DNA of 64,000 nt from Acidimicrobiia bacterium (GCA_031418775.1 JANOJN010000190.1:9216-73215), one strand, 5' to 3'; shown: positions 45,012 through 54,579, counted from the first letter of the stretch. Numbers and translations are program-made. Notes: generated from the letters alone by a model not told the origin.

Positions 45012-45812
45012 GTGGCTGTGGTTCGCAACCAAGAGAGCTCCCGGGCGCCGAAACGACCGAAGCACCACCTGCGGGCCGCGGTGCTCGCCGCGGGTCACGA
45101 ACTCCTCATCGAGCGGGGGCTGGAGGGTGGCGCCACGAGCGTCCCGCTCCATGCGGCGATCGATCGTGCCGCTGACAACCTGGGTGAGCGGGTCACTCCG
45201 GCCTCGGTCTACGGGCGCATCTGGGAGTCACAGTCTTCGTTCCAGCAGGACGTGCTTCTCGCCGCCGCGCGGGGATATCCGGACGGGGAAGAGGCGCCGA
45301 CCGCCGATGCCGCGTTCGGCGTGATCGCCGCGGCCGACCGCTCCACGCCGGCGGCCCGTAAGGCGGCGCTCGACGAGGTGTGGTGCGTCGCCGGCGCCGT
45401 CCACGTCGGAGTCCTCGAAGCGTCGCGGAGTTGGCAGCTCTGGGTCGGGGTGTGGGCGCTGACCGTCTCTACCCCCTCGACCGCCGACGACGAGGTGCTC
45501 GGCCCGGCCCTTCGCCAAGGCGACGAGTCGGCGACCGGGGCGTTGCGCGACCTGCTCTCCGCGGTCATCGACTCGCTGGGGTTCCGCGCCCGCCCACCCT
45601 TCACCGTGGACGACTTCGCCGTCGCCGTCGCCTGCTTGGCCGAGGGTTTCGCGTTGCGTGAACGATTTGGGGTGGAGCGGCGTCAGGTGACGCTTCCGAT
45701 CGGCAGCGACGCGAGGTCGTGGACACCCTTCGCCGCTGCTCTCCGCGCCCTCGCCGCCCAGTACCTCGAACCGATCCCGCGGTGGAAGCCCACAGCGTTG
45801 AGAGCGGGGTAG
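45012..45812 (+). CDS. TetR-like transcriptional regulator (atypical HTH region)
   Basis: GTG at 45012 (or 45018). LRAAVLAAGHELLIERG...VTPASVYGRIWESQSSFQQDVLLAAAR resembles a TetR N-terminal domain with an insertion. The C-terminal helical ligand domain is not conserved. Confidence 0.5.
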   Translation: MAVVRNQESSRAPKRPKHHLRAAVLAAGHELLIERGLEGGATSVPLHAAIDRAADNLGERVTPASVYGRIWESQSSFQQDVLLAAARGYPDGEEAPTADAAFGVIAAADRSTPAARKAALDEVWCVAGAVHVGVLEASRSWQLWVGVWALTVSTPSTADDEVLGPALRQGDESATGALRDLLSAVIDSLGFRARPPFTVDDFAVAVACLAEGFALRERFGVERRQVTLPIGSDARSWTPFAAALRALAAQYLEPIPRWKPTALRAG

Positions 45813-45886
45813 CTCCCCTGCCTGTCCGGCGCCAGCGTTACTCGCTCGGCTCGTCTGCTGGCAACACGGCTGACGCGAGCGCGCTG

Positions 45887-45984
45887 GGGAGAGAGGTTGC
45901 CCCAACATCTAGGGGCTATTCACCTCCCAGCGACGTTGGGAGGTGAATAGCCCCCATATATGGGGGCAACCTCTCTCCCAACGA
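45887..45984. repeat. Structured intergenic repeat, copy B, with an extra inverted left arm (MITE/REP-like)
   Basis: 45919..45984 aligns to copy A at 56/66 nt. The inner hairpin has 18-bp arms at 45912..45929 and 45937..45954. An outer 17-nt inverted repeat GGGAGAGAGGTTGCCCC (45887..45903) pairs with 45963..45979. Confidence 0.7.
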
Positions 45985-46022
45985 ACCGGGCCGGTCGGGG
46001 CTCCCGTGGCTACGCTCGGAGC

Positions 46023-46943
46023 GTGGCCGTCGTTGTCGTTGTGGGAAGTGCGAACGTCGATCTGGTCGTCCGCGCTTCGCGCCATCCAGTGCCGGGGGAG
46101 ACGCTGCTCGGTACCGGCTTCGCCACCCACGCCGGTGGCAAGGGGGCGAACCAGGCGGTCGCGGCGGCCCGAGCGGGGGCCCGCACTGCGCTGATCGGTC
46201 GGATGGGCCCTGACGGTGGCGCCGACTTCCTTCGGAGCGCATTGACCGCCGCCGGGGTCGACATCTCTGCCGTCGGCACGTGCCGTCACGATCCGACCGG
46301 CACCGCGGTCATCACGGTGGCCGACTCCGGTGAGAACACCATCGTGGTGGTGCCCGGCGCGAACGCGATGCTGCGGCCGGTGCATATCGACGATGCCGTC
46401 GAGGACGGGTTGTTCGACGACGTGCGCGTCGCGATGGCCCAGCTCGAAGTGCCCCTCGAGGTCGTCCGCCACGGATTCGAGGTCGCCAGGAGGCGCGGCG
46501 CGATGACCATGCTGAACGCCGCTCCGATGACCGAGCTGCCACCCGGATTGCTCGCGGTCACCGACGTGCTGGTGGTGAACGAAACGGAGCTCCAACAGCT
46601 CACGGGGTCGTCGTCGGCATCCTTCGACGATGCCCGCTGGGGAGCGCTGGGCGCGGTGTCGTCGGTCGTACTGACGCTGGGCGGCGATGGGGCGATCGTG
46701 CTCCGGCGCAATCAAGCTCCTGTGAAGACACCTGGGCACGAGGTCGACGTGGTCGACACGACCGCCGCCGGCGACACCTTCTGCGGCTATCTCGCTGCCT
46801 CGCTCGCCGACGGCGAGAGCGTGGACGACGCCGTCATCCGGGCGAATGCGGCCGCTGCTCTGGCGTGTACAAAGGCCGGCGCCCAGCCGTCGATCCCGAC
46901 CGCCGACGAGGTGCGAGCACTCCTGGCCCGGAATCGTCCGTGA
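46023..46943 (+). CDS. rbsK: Ribokinase
   Basis: GTG at 46023. It has VVGSANVDL, GGKGANQAVAAAR and DTTAAGDTFCG (PfkB/ribokinase signatures). Confidence 0.85.
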   Translation: MAVVVVVGSANVDLVVRASRHPVPGETLLGTGFATHAGGKGANQAVAAARAGARTALIGRMGPDGGADFLRSALTAAGVDISAVGTCRHDPTGTAVITVADSGENTIVVVPGANAMLRPVHIDDAVEDGLFDDVRVAMAQLEVPLEVVRHGFEVARRRGAMTMLNAAPMTELPPGLLAVTDVLVVNETELQQLTGSSSASFDDARWGALGAVSSVVLTLGGDGAIVLRRNQAPVKTPGHEVDVVDTTAAGDTFCGYLAASLADGESVDDAVIRANAAAALACTKAGAQPSIPTADEVRALLARNRP

Positions 46944-47875
46944 TCCTCGGGGCGGTGCTGCGTTCCTTCGAGGGTCTCCTCTCGGGGTCCGTTTCCGCCG
47001 CCGCTCCGATCCTGCTGGCAGCACTTGGTGGTATGTACACCTACCATGCCGGCATCTTCAACATCGCCATGGAGGCGATGATGCTCGCCGGTGCGTTCGG
47101 GGCGGTGGTCGCCGCGCACGGTTCGCAGAACTGGTTCGTCGGCGTGCTCGGTGCGGTGGCGGCCGCCGGTGTTCTTGCCGCGATCTTCGCGTTGTTCGTC
47201 CTCGTGCTTCGGACCGACGAGTTCGTCACGGGAATCGCCCTCAACCTCGCGACGGTGGGGGCCACGACTTTTCTCCTTCGGCGCATCTACAAGAAGGCGG
47301 GCGCGTTCTCCGGCACGGCGGACAAGCCCATCCCGGCGATGCCGAAGATCCGCGTTCCTCTTCTGGGAGACGTCCCTGTGCTGCGATCCGTCACCGCCGG
47401 TCACACGGTCGTCGAGTGGATGATCCCGTTGCTCATCGCCGGATCGGTGGTGCTGGTGTTCCGCACGCGATTCGGCCTGCGGCTCCGCTCGGCCGGTTGG
47501 AACCCTGCGTCGCTCGAGGCCAGTGGCGTGTCGACGAGACGGGTGCGGGCGCAATCGCTGGTGCTCTGCGCGGTGTTCTGCGGGCTCGCCGGCGCGTTCC
47601 TCTCAATCGGCTATCTCCAGCTTTTCGGGGAGAACATGTCGAACGGCCGCGGATGGATCTCGCTCGCCGCGATCGTCCTCGTCCAGGGCTCGCCGCTGGG
47701 CATCGCCGCGCTCTCGCTGCTGTTCGGCTTCGCCGCGTCGGTGGGGCTGAAGGCGCAGAGCATCGATGTGCCGCCCCAGTTCACCGAGATGCTTCCGTAC
47801 ATGGCCACGCTCATCGCGTTGTACGTGTACTCCCGGCGTCGACGTATCCGGCCGACGGTCACCCCGGTCGGCTGA
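46940..47875 (+). CDS. ABC transporter permease (BMP/nucleoside-type system)
   Basis: The GTG overlaps the rbsK stop (GTGA). The protein is polytopic and belongs to the family paired with BMP-type binding proteins. Confidence 0.8.
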   Translation: MILGAVLRSFEGLLSGSVSAAAPILLAALGGMYTYHAGIFNIAMEAMMLAGAFGAVVAAHGSQNWFVGVLGAVAAAGVLAAIFALFVLVLRTDEFVTGIALNLATVGATTFLLRRIYKKAGAFSGTADKPIPAMPKIRVPLLGDVPVLRSVTAGHTVVEWMIPLLIAGSVVLVFRTRFGLRLRSAGWNPASLEASGVSTRRVRAQSLVLCAVFCGLAGAFLSIGYLQLFGENMSNGRGWISLAAIVLVQGSPLGIAALSLLFGFAASVGLKAQSIDVPPQFTEMLPYMATLIALYVYSRRRRIRPTVTPVG

Positions 47876-47918
47876 GCCCGAGCTCCATCGGTGCTTGTCG
47901 AGCGCCCCGGACTGTGGT

Positions 47919-47957
47919 TGACTCATTCTGAGTCATCTGGCAACTCATGTTGAGTCG
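47919..47957. promoter_or_regulatory. Two adjacent ACTCA-N3-TGAGT palindromes upstream of the binding-protein gene
   Basis: TGACTCAttcTGAGTCA is at 47919..47935 and cAACTCAtgtTGAGTcg is at 47941..47957. GGAGG at 47966..47970 precedes ATG 47978. Confidence 0.45.
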
Positions 47958-47977
47958 TCACACCCGGAGGTTTCGCC

Positions 47978-49132
47978 ATGCGTTCGTTCTCGCCCCCATC
48001 GACCGGTGCCCGCGTCCGCCGGTTCACACCCCGTCTCGGTCTGCTCGCGGTCGTCTCGACGCTGCTGGTCGTCCCCGGTCTCGGCGCCTGCAGCAGCGAC
48101 AAGGCGGCCGACACCACCGCGGCCGCGGCCCCCACTGCAGTGGGGGCCGCGGATACCGCCGCTGTGGCCGCGCCGACAGCAGTCGATCTGACGGCGATGA
48201 AGGGCAAGAAGGTCGTCTACCTCATCAACGGTGCGCTCGGCGACAAGGGCTTCTACGACTCCGGTCAGCAGGGGATGGATGCGCTGAAGGCGGCCGGTGC
48301 GCGGACCCGCACGCTCGAGGCCAACTTCGATGCGTCGAAGTACCAGAACCTCGTCGACGCGGCGTTCGAGGATGCCGACGTCGTCTTCGCCATCGCCTAC
48401 GGGTTCGAGGACGCGCTCAAGGCGGCAGCAAGGGCGCACCCCGACACACCCGTCGTCAACCTCGATTTCGACATCGTCGATGCCGACGGCAACGTCACCA
48501 GCGTGGACTTCGTCGAAGAGGAGTCGGCCTTCCTCGCCGGTGCCGCCGCGGCGCTGGCCACGACGGACACCTCGATCGCCGGGATCAACCCAGACAAGAA
48601 GATCGGTGTGGTGGGCGGCGACACCGATCCGGTCACCACGTCGTTCATGTTCGCCTACGAAAACGGTGCGAAGTCGATCGACCCGGCGATCGCCGTCGAG
48701 CGCAAGACGCTCGGCGGAGCGTGGGACGACCAGGCGAAGGGCAAGCAGGCGGCCGAGCAGCTCTACGACTCGGGCAACGACGTCGTGTTCCAGGTCGCTG
48801 CTGCCGCCGGCCTCGGCGTACTGCAGGCGGCCAACGATCGAAAGCTCTTTGCCATCGGGGTCGACGCGAATCAGAACGACCTCTACCCGGGACATGTGTT
48901 CGCCAGTGACATCAAGAACGTTGGCGGGGCGATCGAACGGGTGGCAACGTCGATCGGCGACGGTTCCTACAAGAAGGGCGCTGTGCTGACGTCGGGCATC
49001 AAGGACGGCGGCGTCGACCTCGACCTGACGGCCACCACGAAGGTCCTCCCGGCCGTCGTCGAGGTCCGCATCGCAGCGCTTCGCCAGCAGATCATCGACG
49101 GAACGCTCCAGGTCGAGCGCTACAAGCCCTAA
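47978..49132 (+). CDS. BMP-family ABC substrate-binding lipoprotein (nucleoside/sugar type)
   Basis: Signal peptide with the lipobox LGAC. BMP-like segments include VYLINGALGDKGFYD and FAIGVDANQ. Confidence 0.85.
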   Translation: MRSFSPPSTGARVRRFTPRLGLLAVVSTLLVVPGLGACSSDKAADTTAAAAPTAVGAADTAAVAAPTAVDLTAMKGKKVVYLINGALGDKGFYDSGQQGMDALKAAGARTRTLEANFDASKYQNLVDAAFEDADVVFAIAYGFEDALKAAARAHPDTPVVNLDFDIVDADGNVTSVDFVEEESAFLAGAAAALATTDTSIAGINPDKKIGVVGGDTDPVTTSFMFAYENGAKSIDPAIAVERKTLGGAWDDQAKGKQAAEQLYDSGNDVVFQVAAAAGLGVLQAANDRKLFAIGVDANQNDLYPGHVFASDIKNVGGAIERVATSIGDGSYKKGAVLTSGIKDGGVDLDLTATTKVLPAVVEVRIAALRQQIIDGTLQVERYKP

Positions 49133-49158
49133 GGAGTCCCGAATCGCAGACTGCTGCC

Positions 49159-49271
49159 GAATCCGCGGCCGGATTCCGCCGTGGCGGCGTCCTCGTCGTT
49201 GCGGTCGGACAAGGCAGGCGCTTCCTCCTGCGTCCTTGCCACAACGAAATCCGACTCGCGAATTCCGCGAG
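49159..49271 (+). other. Intercistronic hairpins after the binding-protein gene
   Basis: GAATCCG-cggc-CGGATTC is at 49159..49176 and CTCGCG-aattc-CGCGAG is at 49255..49271. Both lie in the 186-nt gap before the ATPase gene. Confidence 0.3.
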
Positions 49272-49318
49272 CTGCTTACGACTCGGGACACCTGCGCGGT
49301 TCTCCGGCGTGCCAGGCT

Positions 49319-50896
49319 GTGGGCGTGGTGGTCGTCTCCTTCGTCGGCGTCACGAAGGTGTACCCGCCCGCAGTTCGAGCGCTCGACGACGTCACCGTCG
49401 ACATCGACGGCGGGGAGATCCATGCGTTCGTCGGCGAGAACGGCGCCGGAAAGTCGACCCTGATGAAGGTGCTCAACGGCGAGATCCGTCCCGACGCCGG
49501 ACGGGTCGAGGTGTTCAGCTCGCCCGTGTCGTACCGGTCCGCAAACGACGCGATGGCCGACGGCATCGGCATGGTGCACCAGGAGATCCTTCTCGTCGAC
49601 CAGCTCACGGTCTGGGAGAACGTCGTCCTCGGCCACGAACCGACCACCCGCTTCGGTCTGGTCGATCGTGATCGAGCTCGCCGTGAGGTCGCCACGACCA
49701 TTGCCGGCGCCGGTCTCGCTCTCGAACCCGATGCGATCGTAGGCACACTTACTGTTGGGGCGAGGCAGAAGGTCGAGATCGCCAAGCTCCTGCACCGCAA
49801 GGTGCGACTCCTGATACTCGACGAACCGACGGCCGTTCTCACGCCGCAGGAGATCCCCGAGCTTTTCACCGAGCTCCGTCAGCTCCGAGATGACGGGCGC
49901 ACGGTCTGTTTCATCTCCCACCACCTCGATGAGGTCATCGACCTCGCCGATCGCATCACGGTTCTTCGCGACGGCGCGCACATCGCCACGCTGACGGCCT
50001 CCGCGACCAGTGTCTCGGAACTGGCCCGCCTCATGGTGGAACGCGACGTGTTGTTGACCTCACAGCGCACACCACTCCAGCGCGGTGCTCCGGTTCTTCG
50101 GGTCCGCGGTCTAAAGGCAGACATCACCGGCTCGAGCAGCAAGCTCGGGCCGATCGACCTCGTCGTGCATGAACGGGAGGTTCTCGGTGTTGCCGGGGTC
50201 GAAGGTAACGGTCAGCACGATCTGGTCGAAGCGCTCGTCGGTGTCGTCCCTTGCGCGGCTGCCGAACTCGGTGTCGGCGAGGTCGACCTCCGACCGTTGT
50301 CGATCCTTGATCGGCGACGGTACCTCGCGTTCGTTCCGTCGGATCGTCGGACCCAGGGCGGCGCGCTGACGGCGCCGATCGTCGACAACGTGGCCATGAC
50401 CCACCATCGCCTCACCCCGGGCTTCTCGGCGATGCGCGGGTGGCTCTTCAACCGCGCTCGGGCCAAGGCGCTCGCGTCGGACATCCGTGATCGTTTGGAC
50501 ATCGCGTCGAGCTCCGTCGAGGCGCCTCTCGGCTCGCTGTCGGGCGGCAGTCAGCAGAAGGTCGTGCTCGGTCGCGAGATGTCCATCGACCGTCCGCTCG
50601 TCGTCCTCGACCAGCCGACGCGCGGGGTCGACGTGGGGTCGATCGAGGAGATTCACCGAAGCATCCTCGGCCTCCGCGCCGGAGGCCGGGCCGTCCTCGT
50701 CGTGTCGGCCGACCTCGACGAGTTGCTGCGCCTCTGCGACCGCATCGTCGTGATGTTCCGCGGGCGGCTCGTGCTCGACATCGACGCCGATGACGCCACC
50801 CTCGAACTGCTCGGTCGGGCGATGCTCGAAGGCATCGATGCCCGCACGGCGCCACGACCGACACTGCTCTCGGTCCCGAAGATGTCGTCGCCATGA
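49319..50896 (+). CDS. ABC transporter ATP-binding protein with duplicated ATPase domains
   Basis: GTG at 49319 (or 49325/49328). The first Walker A is GENGAGKSTL and there is a second nucleotide-binding half (LSGGSQQKV). It is about 525 aa. Confidence 0.9.
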   Translation: MGVVVVSFVGVTKVYPPAVRALDDVTVDIDGGEIHAFVGENGAGKSTLMKVLNGEIRPDAGRVEVFSSPVSYRSANDAMADGIGMVHQEILLVDQLTVWENVVLGHEPTTRFGLVDRDRARREVATTIAGAGLALEPDAIVGTLTVGARQKVEIAKLLHRKVRLLILDEPTAVLTPQEIPELFTELRQLRDDGRTVCFISHHLDEVIDLADRITVLRDGAHIATLTASATSVSELARLMVERDVLLTSQRTPLQRGAPVLRVRGLKADITGSSSKLGPIDLVVHEREVLGVAGVEGNGQHDLVEALVGVVPCAAAELGVGEVDLRPLSILDRRRYLAFVPSDRRTQGGALTAPIVDNVAMTHHRLTPGFSAMRGWLFNRARAKALASDIRDRLDIASSSVEAPLGSLSGGSQQKVVLGREMSIDRPLVVLDQPTRGVDVGSIEEIHRSILGLRAGGRAVLVVSADLDELLRLCDRIVVMFRGRLVLDIDADDATLELLGRAMLEGIDARTAPRPTLLSVPKMSSP

Positions 50897-51948
50897 GCGT
50901 GGACCGCAGTTGGAGGACGGCGCTCGTCGGCGTCGTTGTCTCCCTGCTCCTCGGCGCGCTCCTCGCCGCCGTTCTGGGCTACGCCGTCTTCGATATGTTC
51001 AGCGCGCTGTGGCGCTCGGCCGTCGTCAAGCCCGGCCGCTTCGAGGCAACGCTCGCGAACGCCGTTCCGCTCCTGCTCACCGGATTATCCGCGGCGATCG
51101 CGTTTGCGGCGGGACCGGTGAACCTTGGCCAGCCCGGCCAGGTCCTCGTCGGTGCGCTCTTCGCCGTGACCGGTGGTCTGTACCTTGACCTCCCTTCGTT
51201 ACTCCAGGTGCCGGTGCTCCTGGCACTCGGCGGGCTCGGCGGAGCCTTCTGGGCCGGCATCGCGGCGTTCACGAAACGCCGCTTCGGCATGGACGAGTTC
51301 ATCGTGACGCTGATGCTCAACGAGATCGGGCGGCTGCTGACCGATTGGTGCATCTCCTCCCCGCTGCAGGATCCGAAGGCCGGGTCGGTCACCACGCGGG
51401 CGGTGAACTCAAGCGGGTGGATCAGCCGCTGGGGGAGTGTCTCGGTCGGGCTGACGGTCGCCGCGGTCTGCGGTGTGGTGGTCCGACGCTTCATCGTGGG
51501 GTACGAGTGGCGGATGATGGGCCAGGCGCCGATGTTCGCCCGGCTGGGTGGCGTTCGCAACGACGTGAATACGACGGCCGTGCTGCTCTTCACCGGCGCA
51601 CTCGCCGGTTTCGCCGGGGCCATCCTCCTCCTTGCCGGTCCGCACCGATTCGTGAAAGGGCTCGGTGGGAACTACGGATGGGACGGGGTGATGGTCGCCG
51701 TCGTCGCCGTGAACGCGCTCCTCGGCTGCCTGCTCTATGCCCTCCTTTTCTCCGGGCTGCAGATCGGCTCGATCGGCATGGAGTTGGCTGCCGACGTGCC
51801 GTCGGAATACGTCCAGATCCTTCAGGCCATCGTGGTATTGGTCACGGTGGCCGTCCGCGGATTCCTCGCGTCGAAGGTTCGGGCGTGGCGGGCGAGGCGT
51901 CGTGCCCGTCGACCACGACCCCAGCCCGACGCCTCGCTGCGTCCGTAG
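50893..51948 (+). CDS. ABC transporter permease (second membrane component)
   Basis: The ATG overlaps the ATPase stop (ATGA). The 351-aa protein is polytopic. Confidence 0.85.
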   Translation: MSVDRSWRTALVGVVVSLLLGALLAAVLGYAVFDMFSALWRSAVVKPGRFEATLANAVPLLLTGLSAAIAFAAGPVNLGQPGQVLVGALFAVTGGLYLDLPSLLQVPVLLALGGLGGAFWAGIAAFTKRRFGMDEFIVTLMLNEIGRLLTDWCISSPLQDPKAGSVTTRAVNSSGWISRWGSVSVGLTVAAVCGVVVRRFIVGYEWRMMGQAPMFARLGGVRNDVNTTAVLLFTGALAGFAGAILLLAGPHRFVKGLGGNYGWDGVMVAVVAVNALLGCLLYALLFSGLQIGSIGMELAADVPSEYVQILQAIVVLVTVAVRGFLASKVRAWRARRRARRPRPQPDASLRP

Positions 51949-51956
51949 CGCCGGAG

Positions 51957-53420
51957 ATGGGCCAACCTGGTCGGGTGCTTTCGACCGCGCCGGTGATCAT
52001 GTGGTTCCGCCGCGATCTGCGCCTCGCCGACCAGCCGGCACTCGGCGCCGCGGTCGAACGGGCCCGAGCGACCGACGGAAGCGTCCTGCCTCTCTTCGTC
52101 CTCGATCCACGGCTCGGATCGGTGAGCGGACAGAACCGGCTGGCTTTTCTCTACCGGGCGCTCCGTTCGCTGCAGGCCGATGGCGTCCCGCTGGTCGTGC
52201 GCCTCGGGGAACCGGAACGGGAGCTCCCCGCCTTTGCCGCCGAGCTCGGCGCATCGCACGTGTATGTCACGGCGGACTTCGGCGTGTACGGGGATGACCG
52301 GGACCGGCGGGTGGGAGATGCCCTGCGCCGCTCCGGCGTTTCGTTCGAGCCGGTCGAATCGAACTACGTGATCCCCCCTGGGGTCGTCCGCAAGGGAGAC
52401 GACACACCGTTCAAGGTCTTCACCCCGTTCAAGCGGGTCTGGGAGACCCTCGCCGACTCCGTCCGTCCGGCCGGCCGCATCGATCCCCACCTGGTGCCGT
52501 GGTGGCGCGACACCGTCAGCGAGGAGATCCCCGCGGACCCGGCCGGAGCGAGCGGGTTCCTTCCGGAGGTAAGTGAGACGGCGGCTCACGAACGGCTCCA
52601 CCGGTTCCTTGCCGGCCCGGTCGACGACTACGCCGACACTCGCAACATCCCCGGCGCCGACGCCACAAGCCGCCTGTCGGCTGATTTGAAGTTCGGGCTC
52701 CTGCATCCCCGCCAGATCTTGCCGAGTCTCCGGTCACGTGGACCGGGTGCCGATGTCTTCCGATCCGAGCTGTGTTGGCGTGAGTTCTATGCCGATGTGC
52801 TCTGGCACCGCCCGGAAACAGCCCGCCGGTCCCTGATCACCGCAATGGACGAGATCCGGGTCGACGAGGGCCCGTTGGCGGACGAGCGCTTCGATGCCTG
52901 GCGTCTCGGACGCACCGGATACCCGTTCATCGACGCCGGGATGCGCCAGCTCCTCCGCGAGGGGTGGATGCACAACCGAGTTCGTATGGCCGCGGCCTCG
53001 TTCCTGGTCAAGGACCTCCACCTCGACTGGCGACGCGGCGCACGATGGTTCATGGACCAACTGGTTGACGGGGACCTCGCGTCGAACCAGCACGGGTGGC
53101 AGTGGACGGCCGGCACCGGCACGGACGCCTCCCCGTATTACCGGGTGTTCAACCCGATCCTGCAGGGGAAGAAGTTCGATCCCGACGGTGACTACATCCG
53201 GCGATACGTGCCGGAGCTCCGCGACGTGTCGAACCGTTTCATCCACGAGCCATGGCTGGCTCCGTCGACCACCGCCGCGCTCTTCGACGCCGAGATGACG
53301 GTGAGGACGGACAGCTACCCGCCGCCCATCGTCGACCACTTCGCCGAGCGGCTCGACGCCCTGGCCCGGTATGAGGAGATCCGCTCCGCCGACGGGTCCC
53401 GGATCGGTGACGCCCGGTAA
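51957..53420 (+). CDS. phr: Deoxyribodipyrimidine photolyase
   Basis: ATG at 51957 (alternative GTG 51975). It has IMWFRRDLRLADQPAL, TGYPFIDAGMRQL..GWMHNRVRM and NQHGWQWTAGTG, the photolyase/cryptochrome hallmarks. Confidence 0.85.
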   Translation: MGQPGRVLSTAPVIMWFRRDLRLADQPALGAAVERARATDGSVLPLFVLDPRLGSVSGQNRLAFLYRALRSLQADGVPLVVRLGEPERELPAFAAELGASHVYVTADFGVYGDDRDRRVGDALRRSGVSFEPVESNYVIPPGVVRKGDDTPFKVFTPFKRVWETLADSVRPAGRIDPHLVPWWRDTVSEEIPADPAGASGFLPEVSETAAHERLHRFLAGPVDDYADTRNIPGADATSRLSADLKFGLLHPRQILPSLRSRGPGADVFRSELCWREFYADVLWHRPETARRSLITAMDEIRVDEGPLADERFDAWRLGRTGYPFIDAGMRQLLREGWMHNRVRMAAASFLVKDLHLDWRRGARWFMDQLVDGDLASNQHGWQWTAGTGTDASPYYRVFNPILQGKKFDPDGDYIRRYVPELRDVSNRFIHEPWLAPSTTAALFDAEMTVRTDSYPPPIVDHFAERLDALARYEEIRSADGSRIGDAR

Positions 53421-53448
53421 GCGCGGCCGGATCGCTACGCTCTCGAAC

Positions 53449-54579
53449 GTGGACAAGGAACGCAGTGGCCCGTCCGCCCCGGACAACGCCGACGGCGCAC
53501 AAGCCGACAACTCGGCGACTCTGAACCCACGACGGGCCTCGGTGCTCAACCGGGTCGTCGCCGAACACATCGAGACCGGGCAGCCGGTCGGTTCCGGCCA
53601 CCTTGCCGGCGCCGACGGCCTCGACGTCTCGTCGGCGACCATCCGCAGCGAGATGAGCGCCCTCGAACGCGACGGTTTCCTCACCCACCCTCACACGTCG
53701 GCCGGACGCATCCCGACCGACCGGGGCTATCGGTTCTTCGTCGAGACGCTCCCTGTCCCGAGCCTCGCCGAGCCCAAGGTCATGCAGGTCCGTCAGTTCT
53801 TCGAAGGCGCGCGTGGCGAGCTCGAACAGCTCCTGACGGAGACCTCCCGACTGCTCTCGGGCCTCACCGACTACGCCGCCGTCGTGATTGCGCCCGCCGG
53901 GGACGCCGCCACGATCCGCTCGATCCAGCTCGTCTCGCTCGGGTCCGGGCCGAACCTGGGCGACGACGGCACCGGCGTTGTCGAGTCGACCAACGTGCTG
54001 GTCATGGTCGTGCTCGCGAATGGAGCCGTCGAGAAGGTGCAGACGCTGTTTCGCGGCAGTGTGCACGACGCCCACCTCGCCGCCGCCAGCGCCCACCTCG
54101 CGGGGCAGGCGGTCGGCCGGGCGTTCGACCACAGCTTCGGTTCCGCCATGCTCCGGGCATCGGACGAACGGGTGCAGGTGATCTGTGACGCCGCGGTCAC
54201 CGCGATGAAGCCTCTCGCGTCGCATCCCGACGCCGACGGCGTGTTCGTCGGTGGGGCGGCCCGCATGGCCGGCGCGTTCGACGCGGTGTCCACGATCCGC
54301 CAGGTCCTCACCGTGCTGGAGGAGCAGTACGTCGTCGTGAACCTGTTGCGGGAGGCCGTCGAACGCAGTCAGCGGATCTCTATCGGTGCGGAACACGGGG
54401 CCGACCTGGCCTTCGAATCGCTGCTGTCGTGCTCCGTCGTTGCCGCGCCCTATCTCGTGGATGGGCAGCAGGTCGGCACGATCGGTGTTCTCGGCCCCAC
54501 CCGTATGGACTACGCGCGGGCCAGGGCGGCGGTCTCCGAAGTCAGTGCACGATTGAGTGCTCGGTTGACCGAACACTGA
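53449..54579 (+). CDS. hrcA: Heat-inducible transcription repressor HrcA
   Basis: GTG at 53449. It has GQPVGSGHL and ATIRSEMSALERDGFLTHPHTSAGRIPTDRGYRFFVE. Confidence 0.85.
   Translation: MDKERSGPSAPDNADGAQADNSATLNPRRASVLNRVVAEHIETGQPVGSGHLAGADGLDVSSATIRSEMSALERDGFLTHPHTSAGRIPTDRGYRFFVETLPVPSLAEPKVMQVRQFFEGARGELEQLLTETSRLLSGLTDYAAVVIAPAGDAATIRSIQLVSLGSGPNLGDDGTGVVESTNVLVMVVLANGAVEKVQTLFRGSVHDAHLAAASAHLAGQAVGRAFDHSFGSAMLRASDERVQVICDAAVTAMKPLASHPDADGVFVGGAARMAGAFDAVSTIRQVLTVLEEQYVVVNLLREAVERSQRISIGAEHGADLAFESLLSCSVVAAPYLVDGQQVGTIGVLGPTRMDYARARAAVSEVSARLSARLTEH

Noticed and set aside
47945-49981. 678-aa minus-strand ORF
   Set aside because: It is antisense to the BMP binding-protein and ABC ATPase genes, both of which have strong motifs. 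It has no motifs of its own.
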